Assembly: GCA_013239625.1 (NCBI GenBank) | Contig: MU053652.1 | Span: 1,800,001-1,864,000 of the forward strand | Reading direction: 5' to 3' | DNA: 64,000 bases | DNA from: Lama guanicoe | Taxonomy: Eukaryota | Shown: positions 25,160 through 38,079 of the stretch, one piece after another | How positions within the stretch are numbered: position 1 is the stretch's first letter | Layout: each line of letters begins with the position of its first letter | Notes under the pieces: model-generated | What the model saw: only the letters and a program-made list of their open reading frames with translations | Databases searched by the model: none | Told to the model about the DNA's origin: nothing | Program-made: the position numbers and the translations under genes

Positions 25160-28100
25160 CTTGTTTCCCTGAGCTTCCCTGAGAAACCAGAGACACGTCT
25201 GGGGGCCCTGATTATTAAAATTTCAAGAATTCCACTGCCATCTTTCCATTACCAGCAAACCCACTGGCTATAGATGGCCAGGCATTCTAAAGCATCTTAT
25301 GCAGCTCCACACCCCAAATCCAGGGGAAGTTTTAGACACCCTGGAAGTGACCCTGAGAAGCTGGGTGGTTAAATTGGAGGCAGAGTGAGGGTGTTTTTCT
25401 TCTCCTGGGTGGAGCTAAAAGCTACCCAGAAGAATGAATCAGTCTGAGAAGCCTTGGAAGTGAAGGTGGGTGGGGGCAGGTGTCTGAGCTGCCACAAGTG
25501 TATTTTGGGCAGTTTGAGAGGCCAAGGACCCCGCCAAAATTCCAGGCAGAGAAGAGAAGCCTGCTGTCCTGTTTTGTTCTCTATGGAGGGCTTCTGTTCT
25601 TGGTTTTAACCTTTTTCCTGAGGACACAAGAAAAGCTCAGAAGTTGGAGTCTGTCCCCAGCACCCAGCACCCAGACACCTTGCCAGAATCCATAATGGCT
25701 ACATTTGGGCAGAATCCGTCCATTTTCTGATGCCCCGGCCACCCTGTGGTATCCAGAGAGAATCCTGCCAGAATAAATTCTGGACGCAGGCATCTCTTCT
25801 GTTAGCCCTAGGGAAAGGCAGCTTAATCTGCAAAATTACTTTAAAGTTATCAGAAGGGCTCTCCAATTCTGAGCACTTTAATAGCCAGCAGTCACTTCTT
25901 TCCTGATGCAAAAGGAAGAGATTTATTCTGGCCAGTTTTTCCCAAGTAAATCTTGGGTATTTCAGTTTTACAGTTTAACGAGAAACAAGTGCTTTACAAT
26001 AACTGCTCAGATTAAACTCCAACATACTCTCAAACCATTAACCTGAAGGAATTGTAACGATAAATTAGCCATATTAATGAAGATGTACTACAAGCTCAAA
26101 ATCTGTTAGGTAAATTGTAGCGTCATTAACAACCAACTTGACTTATCACAATCTATCATTGGAGGGAAATGAACTAAAACAGTGATTATATGACATGCAA
26201 ACCCTGACAGAATAAATAAGAATAGAAATGACTGTTAACAGGAAATGCAGATCTGCTAGGACAGTTTCATGTGTCAACCCTGGCAGATCTTTTCAGTTTT
26301 TCTCTTTTTCTCTCCCATCCTCCCGTCTCTCCTTTCTGCTTTCTCCTCCTCTTCCCTTCCCATCCGTTCCTTTCACTGTCCTCTTAGGAAGGCCTTAGAG
26401 TCCCAGTTTCGGGACTGGTCGACGTCCTTGTCCCCCGTGCTCCACTAACTTTGGAGAAGGAGCCTGGGTTTTGTACGTTCCTCTTCGGGGCCCTCATAAC
26501 ACATGGTTTCCCCGTCTCTGATAATGCCTGCGTGGCTCGGCTCGGCACAGCCCAGCTCCTCAGTCCCCAGGCGTATGTTGTGATTACTTGCAGCTGACTT
26601 AGTTTGCACCTCTCGTAGAATGGCAGCATCGTGTGCTTGGAGGAGCCGCAGAGCTACGAGGCCATCACTTCCACATGACAGAGCCGAGACACAGAAGGTG
26701 ACAGGTCTTTCCTGCAGCTGCTCGGGTAGTGAAGTAGCAAAAAAAGTGGAACTTACAAGTCTTCCCAGCGTGACACATCTAAACATGAGATCACCAACCC
26801 TCCTCCCTGGGTTCAGAACTCTGGGCGGAGTCTGAGGAAACCCCACACTGTAGTGACCTCACAGGGACCCACTCACCCATGGCCCAGAGGAGCCCCTGGA
26901 ACTGTGACCCCCTGCCCAGCAGAGCCCACCTAGAGGGAGGGTCTGGCAGACCCATTCTGGAGGGAGGGTCTGCCTAGAATTGTCCCGAGAGAGTTCAGGT
27001 AGACCCAGGTCCATCCTCTGAGTTGAAGGCTTTGCTTTTACTGCCCCCTCGTAGGCCTTGGGAATAGTGATGGTTAACTCCTCATATCACTGTGAGGACT
27101 GACTGAGATGCTACAGGTACTCCACCTTGTAAAGCTAGAACCTAAGCGGACCTCATGGTATCACGGTGATTATAACCACACATCAACACACCCCACCATT
27201 GCTTTGTCTGAAGAACTAGGAATTAATGATTTCCACCGTCAGTCCCTCCTCCTCCCCTCCAGCAGAGGTAAATGAAGGCAATTTATTGGGGGTAAGGTGA
27301 TGAGAGAGGAGGAAATGTTAGGACAGTAGGAAGGAGGGGAGAAGAGCTGAGAGAGCTGTTTGGGAAGGAAAGCAGTTGCAGGGCTGGGGAGAAGCGTGTG
27401 CTGTCTTCTGCTGGAGCAGACTCTTGGCCACCTTCACCCAGCTGATGGGAGCCTGAGAAGCCAGCAGTTGGAGAAGACAGGTCCTCGGGCTCTGGAGGCA
27501 CGCAGACAGGGAATGTGGAAACCACGGTGTCACAATCCTGGAATTTCCCCCATGCACACCTCCATCCCTCACCTTCATGTTCCCACGAGGGCACCTGTCT
27601 GTTGGGTTTCATGAATCGCCCACCAGCCCTCAGCAATGTACACACACAGGTGATTTACAGCCAGGCTGGGGGTGGGGGAGCGGGAGGGTAGAGGGGCTGG
27701 AAAAGGTGAACTCGTGGGGATCACAGCTCAGTGACCACCTGAGTTATGAGTCTCTCCTTCCACAGATCTCTTCCCTCCATGAATTTCCATTATGTCACCC
27801 AGTGTATTTCATCGGTACCAGAGGAGAGTTCACCGATATAAATGTGCCACACTCCCCAACCCTTGTGTTTCTGATCTTAAAGCCCCTCTGGTTTGTGTTG
27901 TCTAAAGGAGACCCCGGAGAAGTGATGGATCAACTGTCCTGTCTAAAGTCTAAGTGGATCTATAAGTCACAGGAAGTTGATCTGTAGATCAACCCAGGAC
28001 AGTGAGTGTCTCTGGTTGTTTCGGAGAGGGGCCCAATGATCTCCTAAATCCCCAAAGCAAAGTAAGTCACAAAAGTTTAAAAATGCATTTGGTACATGAT

Positions 28101-29682
28101 GTGCTTATGAAGAGGGAAGGAGTGTTTTAAACTAAATGAACAACAGTGATAGAGTGATGGACCCTGAAATGACCAGGCACTGTTCCAGGTTTGAGGCTGG
28201 AGAATGGCCCCGAGACGTTGACATCACATCAGACTCAATTGCTGGGGACAGAGCTGTGGTTCGGGACACCCAGCCCTGCTACCTTCTTGTCTCATGATAG
28301 AAAGATTAGGGTCACAGCCTCTTACATTCTGATGCTCCGTCTAGAAGAATGGAGATGAATAAGGCAACCGTTTTCAGGAATTTGAACTCAAGCCTTTGTC
28401 TGTCTGGTTTCCAGACTCAGTGCAAAATGTGTCTCAGACGAGAGTGCCTGCATGCAAAGATTTCCAGATTTCTATGCCATGTTCCTTTTGCAAACCCTTT
28501 TTGTCACCGTGTTCATTTTGATTGCATGGATTTTTTTTCCCCTCACTATGATTCTACTATAATTGTGCCCAATTTGGCGACTGGGGGGAAAAAAGCATGG
28601 AAATGGGATGGTAATTTGCCCAGACATCAACACAGTTGGCTAGACAGGCAAATATACCAGTCTCTGCTTGTTGCCACGTTCTTCTGGGGTGCAGCTCTGG
28701 GGTTTCCTCCTTCTCCTCCTCCCAATACTTCCTTCCTTCCCCATGCTTAAATGGACACTCTCTCCAGGGACTTGGAACTGTCCTGGAAGGTGGGTCACCG
28801 ACACGCAGGTGCCCCTGGACTTGCATCCTGGCTCTCGCCAAAGTGCTTTCTGCTCCTCCCCCGCAACCCACAGAAATAGCTTTAAAATTTTGTCTTGAAC
28901 GTTCACCAGACTCCAACACATGTCCCCCAGGGCTCCCTCCTGCCTGTCTGTCTGCCTTCCTGCAGGTCTGTCTGCTGGCGCATTCCTACGTAGCAAACAC
29001 ATGGTGCACCAGCGCTTCAACTCAGCATCTCTTTGAACAAGCCCTGCCAGGGGGTCAGCCGTGTGGAGAGTAGATGTCAGAGGTGACCCACCGTCTGCTG
29101 TTTATGGGAGTCGCTCCTCCCCCGGGTCAGGGAGTGTGTCACAGCCAGTGCAGTGAACATCCAAGAGGTTGTCACCGGTGTCTCTCTGGGAGTTGGATCA
29201 TGATTTTTTTTTTAATGTGAAAAGCTGGCCTAGAACACAGACACACTGGGGTAACTGTAGCTCTGACGTTCACGCAGATCCTGGGTTTGACATCCTTGTC
29301 TTCAGCAGCTTGGCGGATAGAAAAGTAACAGTTTGTTTTGTGTGTGATCAGAGTTAACTTAACCAACCTCTGCCAAGCCCTTCTCTTTGTCAAGAGAAAG
29401 ATCCAGAGGGAGGGGAGGGCATCCCAGGGGTGTGTGCAGGGGCAGCAGGAGAGCCAGGAGGGGAGACGGCGAGAGGAAGACACTGAGAGAAAGGCCGGCC
29501 AGTGAGTGTGGAGGGAGTTGATGTGCTGGCACCCTACAGCTGCTCAAGGATGGAGATGGGGCAGGTGGCTGGGAGTGGGCATTGCCAGGAACAGGAGGGC
29601 AGAAGAGCAGGAGATTTGGCGAACGAGTGAGACAGCCCATTGCTGGCTCTCCCTGGGGAGGCCCTTGGGCCCCCTCCCACCG

Positions 29683-29862
29683 GAGTGATCATTCTCAGCC
29701 TTCCCCGAGCATCAGGCTCACCGGAGAGGGGTTGTTATTTACAGATTGCTGGCCTCACCCTCAGAGTCTCTGATGCTGTAGGTCTGCACTGATGCTGGAG
29801 AATTTGCATCTTACGAGTTCCCAGATGCTGCTGATCAGGGCCCCGCACTCTGAGAACCACTG
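29683..29862. mobile_element. MER5A-like hAT-Charlie MITE
   Basis: acagattgctggcctcaccctcagagtctctgat...agaatttgcat...agttcccagatgctgctgat...cactctgagaaccactg. Confidence 0.8.
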
Positions 29863-30063
29863 CTCCAGGGAACCCACAAAGCTGATGTGCTTTAAATTCT
29901 CCTAATCCAGGAAGTCACGAGGAGCTGTGTGTTACCTGGGCTTCCTTACTGTGTCCACCAAAAGAAGTACCTTTATACATGTGAAATGCTTGGGGGAAGC
30001 ACTGGACCCCTAAAGCTGCTCTCCTCTTTCAATCAGAAGTTTAGCTGTGAAGGGTTTCTGGGG

Positions 30064-30542
30064 TGTAATAGGTGGACTTGTATGCCCTCCGAAGAAGTGC
30101 TGAAGTCCTAACCTCCAGGACCTGTGAATGTGACCTTATTTGGAAACAGAGTCTTTGCAGATGCAGTGAAGTTATTTAGATGTAATCCAAGTCGTGCTGG
30201 ATCCGGGTGGGCCCTGAATCCAACCTCTGATGTCTTTATAAGGGAAAAGAGCGGGATACTTGGATGCAGGGACCCAGGGACACAGGGAAGGATGCCATGT
30301 GAAGTCAGAGGCGGAGACTGGCCTTACGCTGCCATAGCCAAGGAATGCCAAGGATTGCCAGCATCCACCAGAAGCTAGGACAAGGCCAAAAAGGATTCTT
30401 CGCTAGAGCCTTCAGAGAGCATGGCCCCAGCAGCGCCTTGATCTCAGACTTCTAACCTCCAGGACTATGAGAGAATAAGGTTGTTGCTTTCAGCCAACCA
30501 ATTTGTGGTCATGTGTTACGGCAGCCCCAGCAGACGAATCCA
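30064..30542 (+). mobile_element. MLT1 (MaLR) solo LTR
   Basis: gtcctaacctccaggacctgtgaatgtgaccttatttggaaacagagtctttgcagatg...gccaaggaatgccaagg...aatttgtggtcatgtgttacggcagcc. Confidence 0.9.
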
Positions 30543-32771
30543 TGGGGTCTGCAGAATTTGATTGTGTTGTTGCCATAGGAGCACCCGCATAACTGCTCTG
30601 GGGCGGGAGAAGAGACGCGGGGGTCTTATGCCTGCTGACTTTTGGGAGATGCCCTGCTCCCCAAGCACATCTGTGGGTCAGTTTCAGGTTGCTTGACTGC
30701 AAACCCTGTTCAGAGGACCCCAAAGGAGTGGAACCTTCTGCCAAGGCAATCCCATGGGGGATGGAGAGTGGGAGAAGGATGGGGTGTGGCCACTGGCCTG
30801 AAATTCCAGCAGACCCCCTGACCACCAAGGCGGGGGAAGTTGCTTGGCTTTTCAGGACTCTAGACGGAATGAAAGAAAAGTTAGGATGAGAGCTCTGCAG
30901 TCTGAGAAAACCTTATTAAGGAACAAGAAGTCCAGTGATCTCAGAGCACCAGGAAATGAACACAGGGAAAAAGAAAAGCGACCTCTTAGGAATGTGGAGC
31001 GTAACCTTCGTGGGGGAGGAGGGAGGTAGCAAGACGTCTGAAGTGTAAGAAACCAGTGGAGAGAATGAAAAATTACGTGAGGTCTGAGGACAGACCTTAG
31101 TATGAAGCCCTCACCAGGATACCTGGGATGTCCAAATTTTCCGTTGCTCAGTTTGGGGTTCCCTGGTCACTACATGCTTATTTGAAAGGCGAGTTCCTGG
31201 GCTCCACCTTAGCCTTGCTGAGTGAGAATCCGAGGGGACAGGGGAAGCTGCATTTTCACAAACTCCCATGAAATCTGAAAAACATTCATGCAAATGCTTC
31301 CTAGATGTTAATAGGCTCTCCCTTTTTTAGATAAAATTAGGGGAATACAGAGAAACAGGAGAGGAGGGGAGGGGGTTTCAGAAGAGTTTTAGCTCTCCCC
31401 CAAATCATCTTGCCCTGGACCTCTGTGTGGGCCACCCTGGGATGTCTGTGGACACACCTTCCTCCCACAGTGGGACCAGTTCTGACCAGTGTTGCTGGAC
31501 CAACAGCCGCAGGAGTGGGATCACCGACCTGTTGCAGCTCTGCCACCTACTGGCTGTAGGAGGAGGTGCAGAATTCAACGCAGCGTTAACTCTGGTTAAA
31601 GAGCAGCTTCAGAAAACACACACACATACGCACGCATGCACGCACCAGGTCTCCTCTGGCCGCGGCTGGCCTGTAGCTGGTTCGCCTGTTGTCACAAGTG
31701 CAGATGCCTCTGATTTCTCCGTTCAGGGCTGGATGAGGTTGGAGGGGGACGAGACGGAAAAAGGAAAGAAAGTAAATGATAAGCAGAGGCTCTAAAATAC
31801 TCTCTTCCTCTTTCCTTCCTGTTCTCCAGAACAGAGGAGGTGAAGACGTTAGTGAGACTGCAGGGATGGGGGAGGGAAAGGCTCCCAGCCCCCAGGGCAG
31901 GGCAGGAAGGGCAGGGAGGGAGGGAGGGAGGGAGGGCTGCCCGTCCCTCAGCCAGACTCCCCCGGGGCCAGAGCTAGTGAGCACAGGCTGATGACTCTCC
32001 CCTCCCTGAGGCTGGGGCTGCTGGCCCATATTGAGGTCTTTTCTGCCTCAGTTTCCTCTTTTGTGGCGTGAATAAATGTGCACACTATCTTCAGAACCTA
32101 GCTGAGTCTGACCTTCTCCAGTGCTCGCAAGGGCAGGAAAGTGCGCAGCTATCCCCTGTCGGGCAAGGATGGGCTCCAGAGGACCCGGAGCTGCTCAGAG
32201 GGGGCCAACCTCTGCCTACCCACCCTCCCATCCGAGTCCGATCACCTGCGGGCCCACTTGCGTTCAGGGTTGAACTTCTGACCTTGCCGCGTCTGGGGCC
32301 ATGACCTTATGTCAAAACCATAGAGCAGGTTGCCTCAGGTCTGCAGGGAAAATAGATCAACAGATCCCAGTCATTGCCGGGAGTCACAGATTCTCGAGCT
32401 CCTCCAGAATGAGGATGCTCTCCAGCTGCGCGCTCTGCCCTGCCCTGCCCTCCCCGCCTTCGCTCTGCCCGGCTCTTGTCCTCCACACCCGTTCTTGGCT
32501 TCCTTCCCGACCCCTTCCTGAAGCTGCCTGTCTGGCTGCAACCAGAGCCAGCTGAGGAGGGGCAGGCTGGGGGGCCCCGGAGCTGGTGTCCAGGCAGCGA
32601 GTGCTGACTTTAGCTTGTGGTGCCCACTTTGCTCCTGTCGTGCATGACTTAGGGCTTGGTCTTTGTGAAACCCCTGTGGCTTGGCAAGAGCCAGCAAAGG
32701 GACATCACATACCACAAAGCATGAGCATCAGGGCAAACTTTGGATTCCACGCTACTGAGTCACAGACCAGT

Positions 32772-33090
32772 AAACCCAATCCAACACAATCCAGCATAAC
32801 ACAACACAATCCAATCCAACCCAGTACAACACAGCACAGTACAACCAACCCAATCCAACCCAATCCAACACAACACAACACAATCCAATACAACACAATA
32901 CAACACAATCCAATCCAACCCAGTACAACACAACACAACACAATACAACCAACCCAACCCAATCCAACACAACACAATCCAGTCCAACACAACACAACCC
33001 AATCTAACACAACCCAATCCAACACAACACAACACAATACAACATAACACAACACGATAAAATAAACACACACACACACACACACACACA
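32772..33090. repeat. Compound pentanucleotide array (CAACA/CAATC/CAACC/CAATA/CAGTA) followed by (CA)12
   Basis: Directly visible; the (CA)n run spans 33067-33090. Confidence 0.95.
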
Positions 33091-36000
33091 GAATAACTAA
33101 GCCTGAGCAGCAGGCAGTTTCATAGCACCCTGTTTACTCATCTCACCCTGCACTGATGGAACCGGGGAAGTGGGGAACTAAGCAGTGGATTTTTCTGGTC
33201 ATACCTCCGTCCCTGACTTAGGATTGTTAAAAGGAAGTGAACACCAAGGCAACTTGGTGAGGGCAGCTGGCTCGGAGTGAAGAGACCTGATGGAACTGCA
33301 ATGGTGATGTGGGCTCGGGGATCATCAAACACCTGGGAATTCATTCCTCACCTGTTGCAGGGCAGCGGCTGAGTATACTTTGCCAACCTGGCTCACGACA
33401 TTGATGCAGGATGCACTGACATAACGGTCACAAAATCTCTTTTCAAAGTTTGAATGCGAAGCTATTGTTAGTTGAGTAAGTGCTTTATAGAAAAGTGAAA
33501 TCTGTCTTAAAATCTTGGCCTGGAGGCCTGGGAGAGTTGGGGTCTCTGCCCCATGGCAACTCTATCAGGGAAGTGCTAAAATACAATGATGTGTAATGTG
33601 TTCACCATTTTCCGTGAGTCTACATTGGTTGATTCAGTTTGTATTAAGAATATCAAAGTTTTCCAAAACTCCAGCTAGAGAGCTTGGTGCAAAGAAATGT
33701 GTTGTTCCCTTAACCCAAACACTAGACGTGGTCCCCGGAGAACTGGGGGGCTGTGGATGATTCAATACCTCCCACTCTCAATACAAAGCGGGCAGCCTCA
33801 CGGCAGGAGAGGAGGATTTTGTATTCAATTATGTTAGACAATAAGCAGGTTCTCACCTTCGTGAAAGGAATGAAAATGCTCCCCTGCAAGGGTCTTATAG
33901 CAGGTTCTCCAAGTAGGCAAAGTGGAGTAAGGATTATTAGGGACATTTTGCCAAAGTCGGATTGTATCAGTTCCCACCTTTGCAACATACAACACTTCCC
34001 CTTTGCCTACAGATGACAGCCTAGTGTTTGAAGGGCATTCGAGGCTCTCTTGGACCTGCATCCACCCTACCGGGCTTCCCTCCCCCTGTGTCCCTCTGCA
34101 GTCACGTGGCCTGGCCACAGCTGGCCCCTGCCCACTGCACACCCAGGACGCTGGCCTCCACGCCTCAAGCCAGCTTGTCCTAGGACACGTTCCTCCTTAC
34201 AGCCCCTGCTTCAGAACCCCATCCTTCTGGAAAAGTCAACTCCAGTGGCCACTCTTCTGTGAAAAACCCTCCTCTGCATGACTATCCCTCCCTTTCCCTG
34301 GCCACAGGCAGCCTGCTCTCTGCATGTGCATCACTCAGGAGGGGCTTGGTGTGGGGGGCAGGGCACATTGGCGGAAGAGCTGGTAGAAAAGTCTGACATG
34401 ACCACTTGTTAGCTGTATCTGACTTCAGGCATGTCCTGTCTGAGTCAGTTTATTTACACATGAAATGTGTGTAAAAATAACGGCTCTCCTAACCTCATCA
34501 GATTGTAGCTCGTTTCTTAAACCAAGTGTTTATTGTGCACCTGCTCTATGTAGTGAATTAAATCAGAAAATAAATGTGGAACTGCTCTCTGAATTGCGTT
34601 TGGCATCTGAGATGTTTTAGACAAGACCCCCTTGAGGGTGGGAACCTGCCGAATTCCCTTGACTCCTTTGCAAGTTTCTCTCTGAGTCCTCCGTAGCGGG
34701 AGTTCATGCAGCAGGCTTGCAATAGAGACCCCCAGAGGTGGCACACGGCTGGCCAGGGTGGGAGCCCACTGGTCCTCTTGTTCCCAGGCCTCTGCCACAG
34801 AAATATCTTCCTTGCACCCACTTATTTCCAGATCCTCCAACCTGTTCGTCTTAGATGCCAAAGGAAAAAGTCAGGGAGGGGAAACTATGGAGGCAGAGCT
34901 TGGTTTTCTGCTGGATAAAGAAAATGCTTGGGAGGGTCGGGGGTAAGATGATTTTTAATGATCTGATACCTCTGTTTATGTAGTGCCTGTAATGATAACG
35001 GTAATAAAAACTCCCCCAAGACTCTGAGGAAACAATTGCCTGCTTAGAAATCCGGGAGGAAATTAAGTGATGGAGACCATCCGTTGCTGGCTTCTTTTGG
35101 TCCCTCTCTCACTGGAGTAACACGCCAAGCCGAAGCGAGCAGAGTCCTGCTTCTCCCTGGTCTCCCTTGAGGGACGGGAAATAAATCTTGCTGCCTAGTG
35201 ATCGCGGCCCAAGTCCAGTCTGCAGTCTCGGGATGGAGGGACCTTCTGATTGATCTAGGCCCTGGGGCCTTGTGAGGTGGAGTGGTCAGTGGGGCCTCTC
35301 TTGGAGCCTAGAGAGTAACACCTGGACGGTCTCCTCCTTTCCCAGCCCTCAGCTTCCAGACCCTTCCCCTCCTCTCGCCATTGGCTCCCTTTTCCCTCCC
35401 TGCTAAGTGGGGCAAAAGCAGGGAGTCCCCATGGAGCAGAAGGGAAGCAGCGACCCCTGGTGGTAGGCACGGGCATGAGGCCGACCAAAGGCAACCGTCT
35501 TCCTCAACCCTCAGAGTACTTCACTTGGTTTTAAGTCTTACATCAGGGCAAAAGATAAACCCTGAGAGTTGGGGGTTTTTTGTTTGTTTTGTTTTGTTTT
35601 GGTGGGGGTTAATGATAGATAAATTCAGATTTTGAAAATGACACAGACTTTGGAGAGAAATTCCTGAATCCACCCCAAGCAAAGTTGGGAAAATTGTGGT
35701 GCAAAATGAGATTTCTCTTTAGTTCCTCAAAAATGCCCCCCCCCACACTTCCCCATTCTGAACCATCCAGGTTTCTGTTGTCATCTCGTTAACCTTTCAC
35801 TAGGCACCATTTTTTCTTGTCATGGAGAAATTGTAGCTAACAATATATATATAGCCATATAATTGTATAACCTGGACCTCAGAGAGCAACTAAACTCGCC
35901 ATTTTGCTGATGGTGCCCTAAGGGATGGGGAGACTTGGCCAATGGGACCAGACTCATCTCCTGGACCCCTTCAGGGCCAGGACCTTTCACTTTAACCCCA

Positions 36001-37349
36001 CCCCACTCCCCTGCCCAAAAGTAACTGCCCCTCCTTCGTCATCACAGTATTTATATCATAAAAGATGCTTCACCCAAAGAGAAACTCCTCCAACACTGGA
36101 ATCCAAGGATGGTGGTGACCGTGCAGAGAAGATGCGGGGATAGGCATGTCTGTCGTGTGTTCCTCAAAGTGACTGCCTGCGTATTTGTAAGTTCATATAG
36201 GTTAAGGCATGGAGCCTATTTAAGTGGCTGAACTGGGGAATGGGAGAACGTTCCCACTTCTCACCTGTGCTTGTTTGGGGGCAACGTAAAGGGAAGTGGG
36301 AAATGTGACTGTGTGTTCTTCTCTTCACCACTGGCTTTCCAGTGTATGTTCTGTAATCCATGAAGTGTGCCAGACTTGACCCTCAGAGGGAAGGCGAGAC
36401 AGTCAGCCGGGTGGCCTAAATTCTGGCTCAGGGAAGGGTCTCGTGTCATGGTTTCCCAGTCCACCTCTAGAGTGGCAGTGACCAAAGGCAATGACCTTCC
36501 ACTTAAGCACCATTCCTGAGTTCCAAAGGCAGCCAGACAAGGCCAGTTGGCCCTGTCCCCATCACTTCACATCCTGCAATTTCAGACTCACTCTTCCTCT
36601 TCCCACCCGTACCAGTGTTTCCTCCCAACTTGCCTCTTGGTCCTACCATTCCCTTGGTCATCAGGCATGAAAATCCAGAGCTGTCACTGATCTGCAAGCT
36701 CTGTCACCTCTTACCGCCATCCATCCTCTTGATTCCCAAGTCTGGAGGCTACACCAAAGTGGACACTGCTCTATTTCTAGCCTCTCCACATCCACACCAT
36801 CCAATGTAAGAGATTATGGCCCAGGAACATGCAACTTTCTATAAAAGGTTTATGAAGTGGAATATTTCCACACGGTCCCAGACTCCCATCATTCGGCATA
36901 TATTACCTTTTAACATATCCTCAAAAAATATTAAATAATACGTCAAATGCATTTCATAAATAAGGCTTTTTGGAACAATTATTCTCTTAATATTGAGTCT
37001 GGGCTTGAAGAAAGGTGATGGGGCCACAAGGGCATGTTCCCGGGGTGGGGGGTGGTAGGCAGAGGGAAGTTTGGAGCCCAGGGAGCATCCCACCCACATC
37101 TAGATGGCCAGCCGTAAAGAGAGGTCAGGTGCAGCTTCTGCCTCAGGGCTATCGAAAAAGAATGGAAAAAAGAAAAAAAAAGAACTAGTGCCACTCATCT
37201 TACTGCAAATCTTAGTGTCGAGACTCACAGGAGACCAAGCCTGCCCTCTGTCCCTCACCAGTGATATAAATGTGAAGCGTGAGTTCTACGAGAGGTGTCC
37301 TGGGCGAATGAGCATCCTGTGGACGTGCTGTGATGACAGTGGAGAACTT

Positions 37350-37600
37350 GGCTTTCACACTGGTGTTTTGTTAGGTTCCAGCCCGTGTGCTAGATGCTTT
37401 TCGTCTCCTAACTCATAATTCTCCACATCAGCTAAACATGGTAGGTACTGTTATCATTCACATTTTGTGAATGAGGACGCTAGGAGTTGGAGAAGCTGAC
37501 TCATTTCCCAGAGGTCACATAGCTAGTTCATGGCAGAGCGGAGTTGGGAGCCCACAGTCACGGCTTCTGGAACCCATGCACGTATTCACTCACTACACCA
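37350..37600 (-). mobile_element. MIR SINE
   Basis: gtaggtactgttatcattcacattttgtgaatgaggac...cccagaggtcacatagctagt...ggcagagc. Confidence 0.75.
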
Positions 37601-38058
37601 TGTGATTTCCCGGGCAGGCCTGAAACATAGCATCATGACAGACTGAAGGCTGGTCGGATGGAGAAGGAACATATTACTATTACTATGTTAGTATAACATT
37701 AGCATATTATACCAATATGTTGATTCTTAACATTCACCTTCCAATCCCTGACTCTTCTGTGCTGAGTTACTTCCTGCTTGGTCCCAGTCTCCACATGGAG
37801 CGTGGGGTCAGACGACTCCGCGGGAGCAGGAGTGGTGGCTGTGGGCTTTGCTCAGTGCCTCAGAGCTGCAAGATCAATAGTTTAATTGCTGTGAAACACA
37901 CGGGCCGTGGTGGTGGCGTGTAAATAATTGTAATAACTGTGGCCGGTGACGGAGAGGATGGTTTTCCAATATCTTGTTTTAAAATGCATTTCTCTACAAT
38001 TAACTCCACATGCTTCTGGCAGAAGGAGTATCCTACACAGGCACTGATTATTGTGGGG

Positions 38059-38079
38059 TTTTTTTTTTTTTTTTTTTTT
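38059..38079. repeat. Poly(T)21
   Basis: Directly visible. Confidence 0.9.

Noticed and set aside
32586..33089. Cys/Val/Leu-rich and Thr/Gln/Asn-rich ORFs
   Set aside because: They are translations of the pentamer microsatellite.
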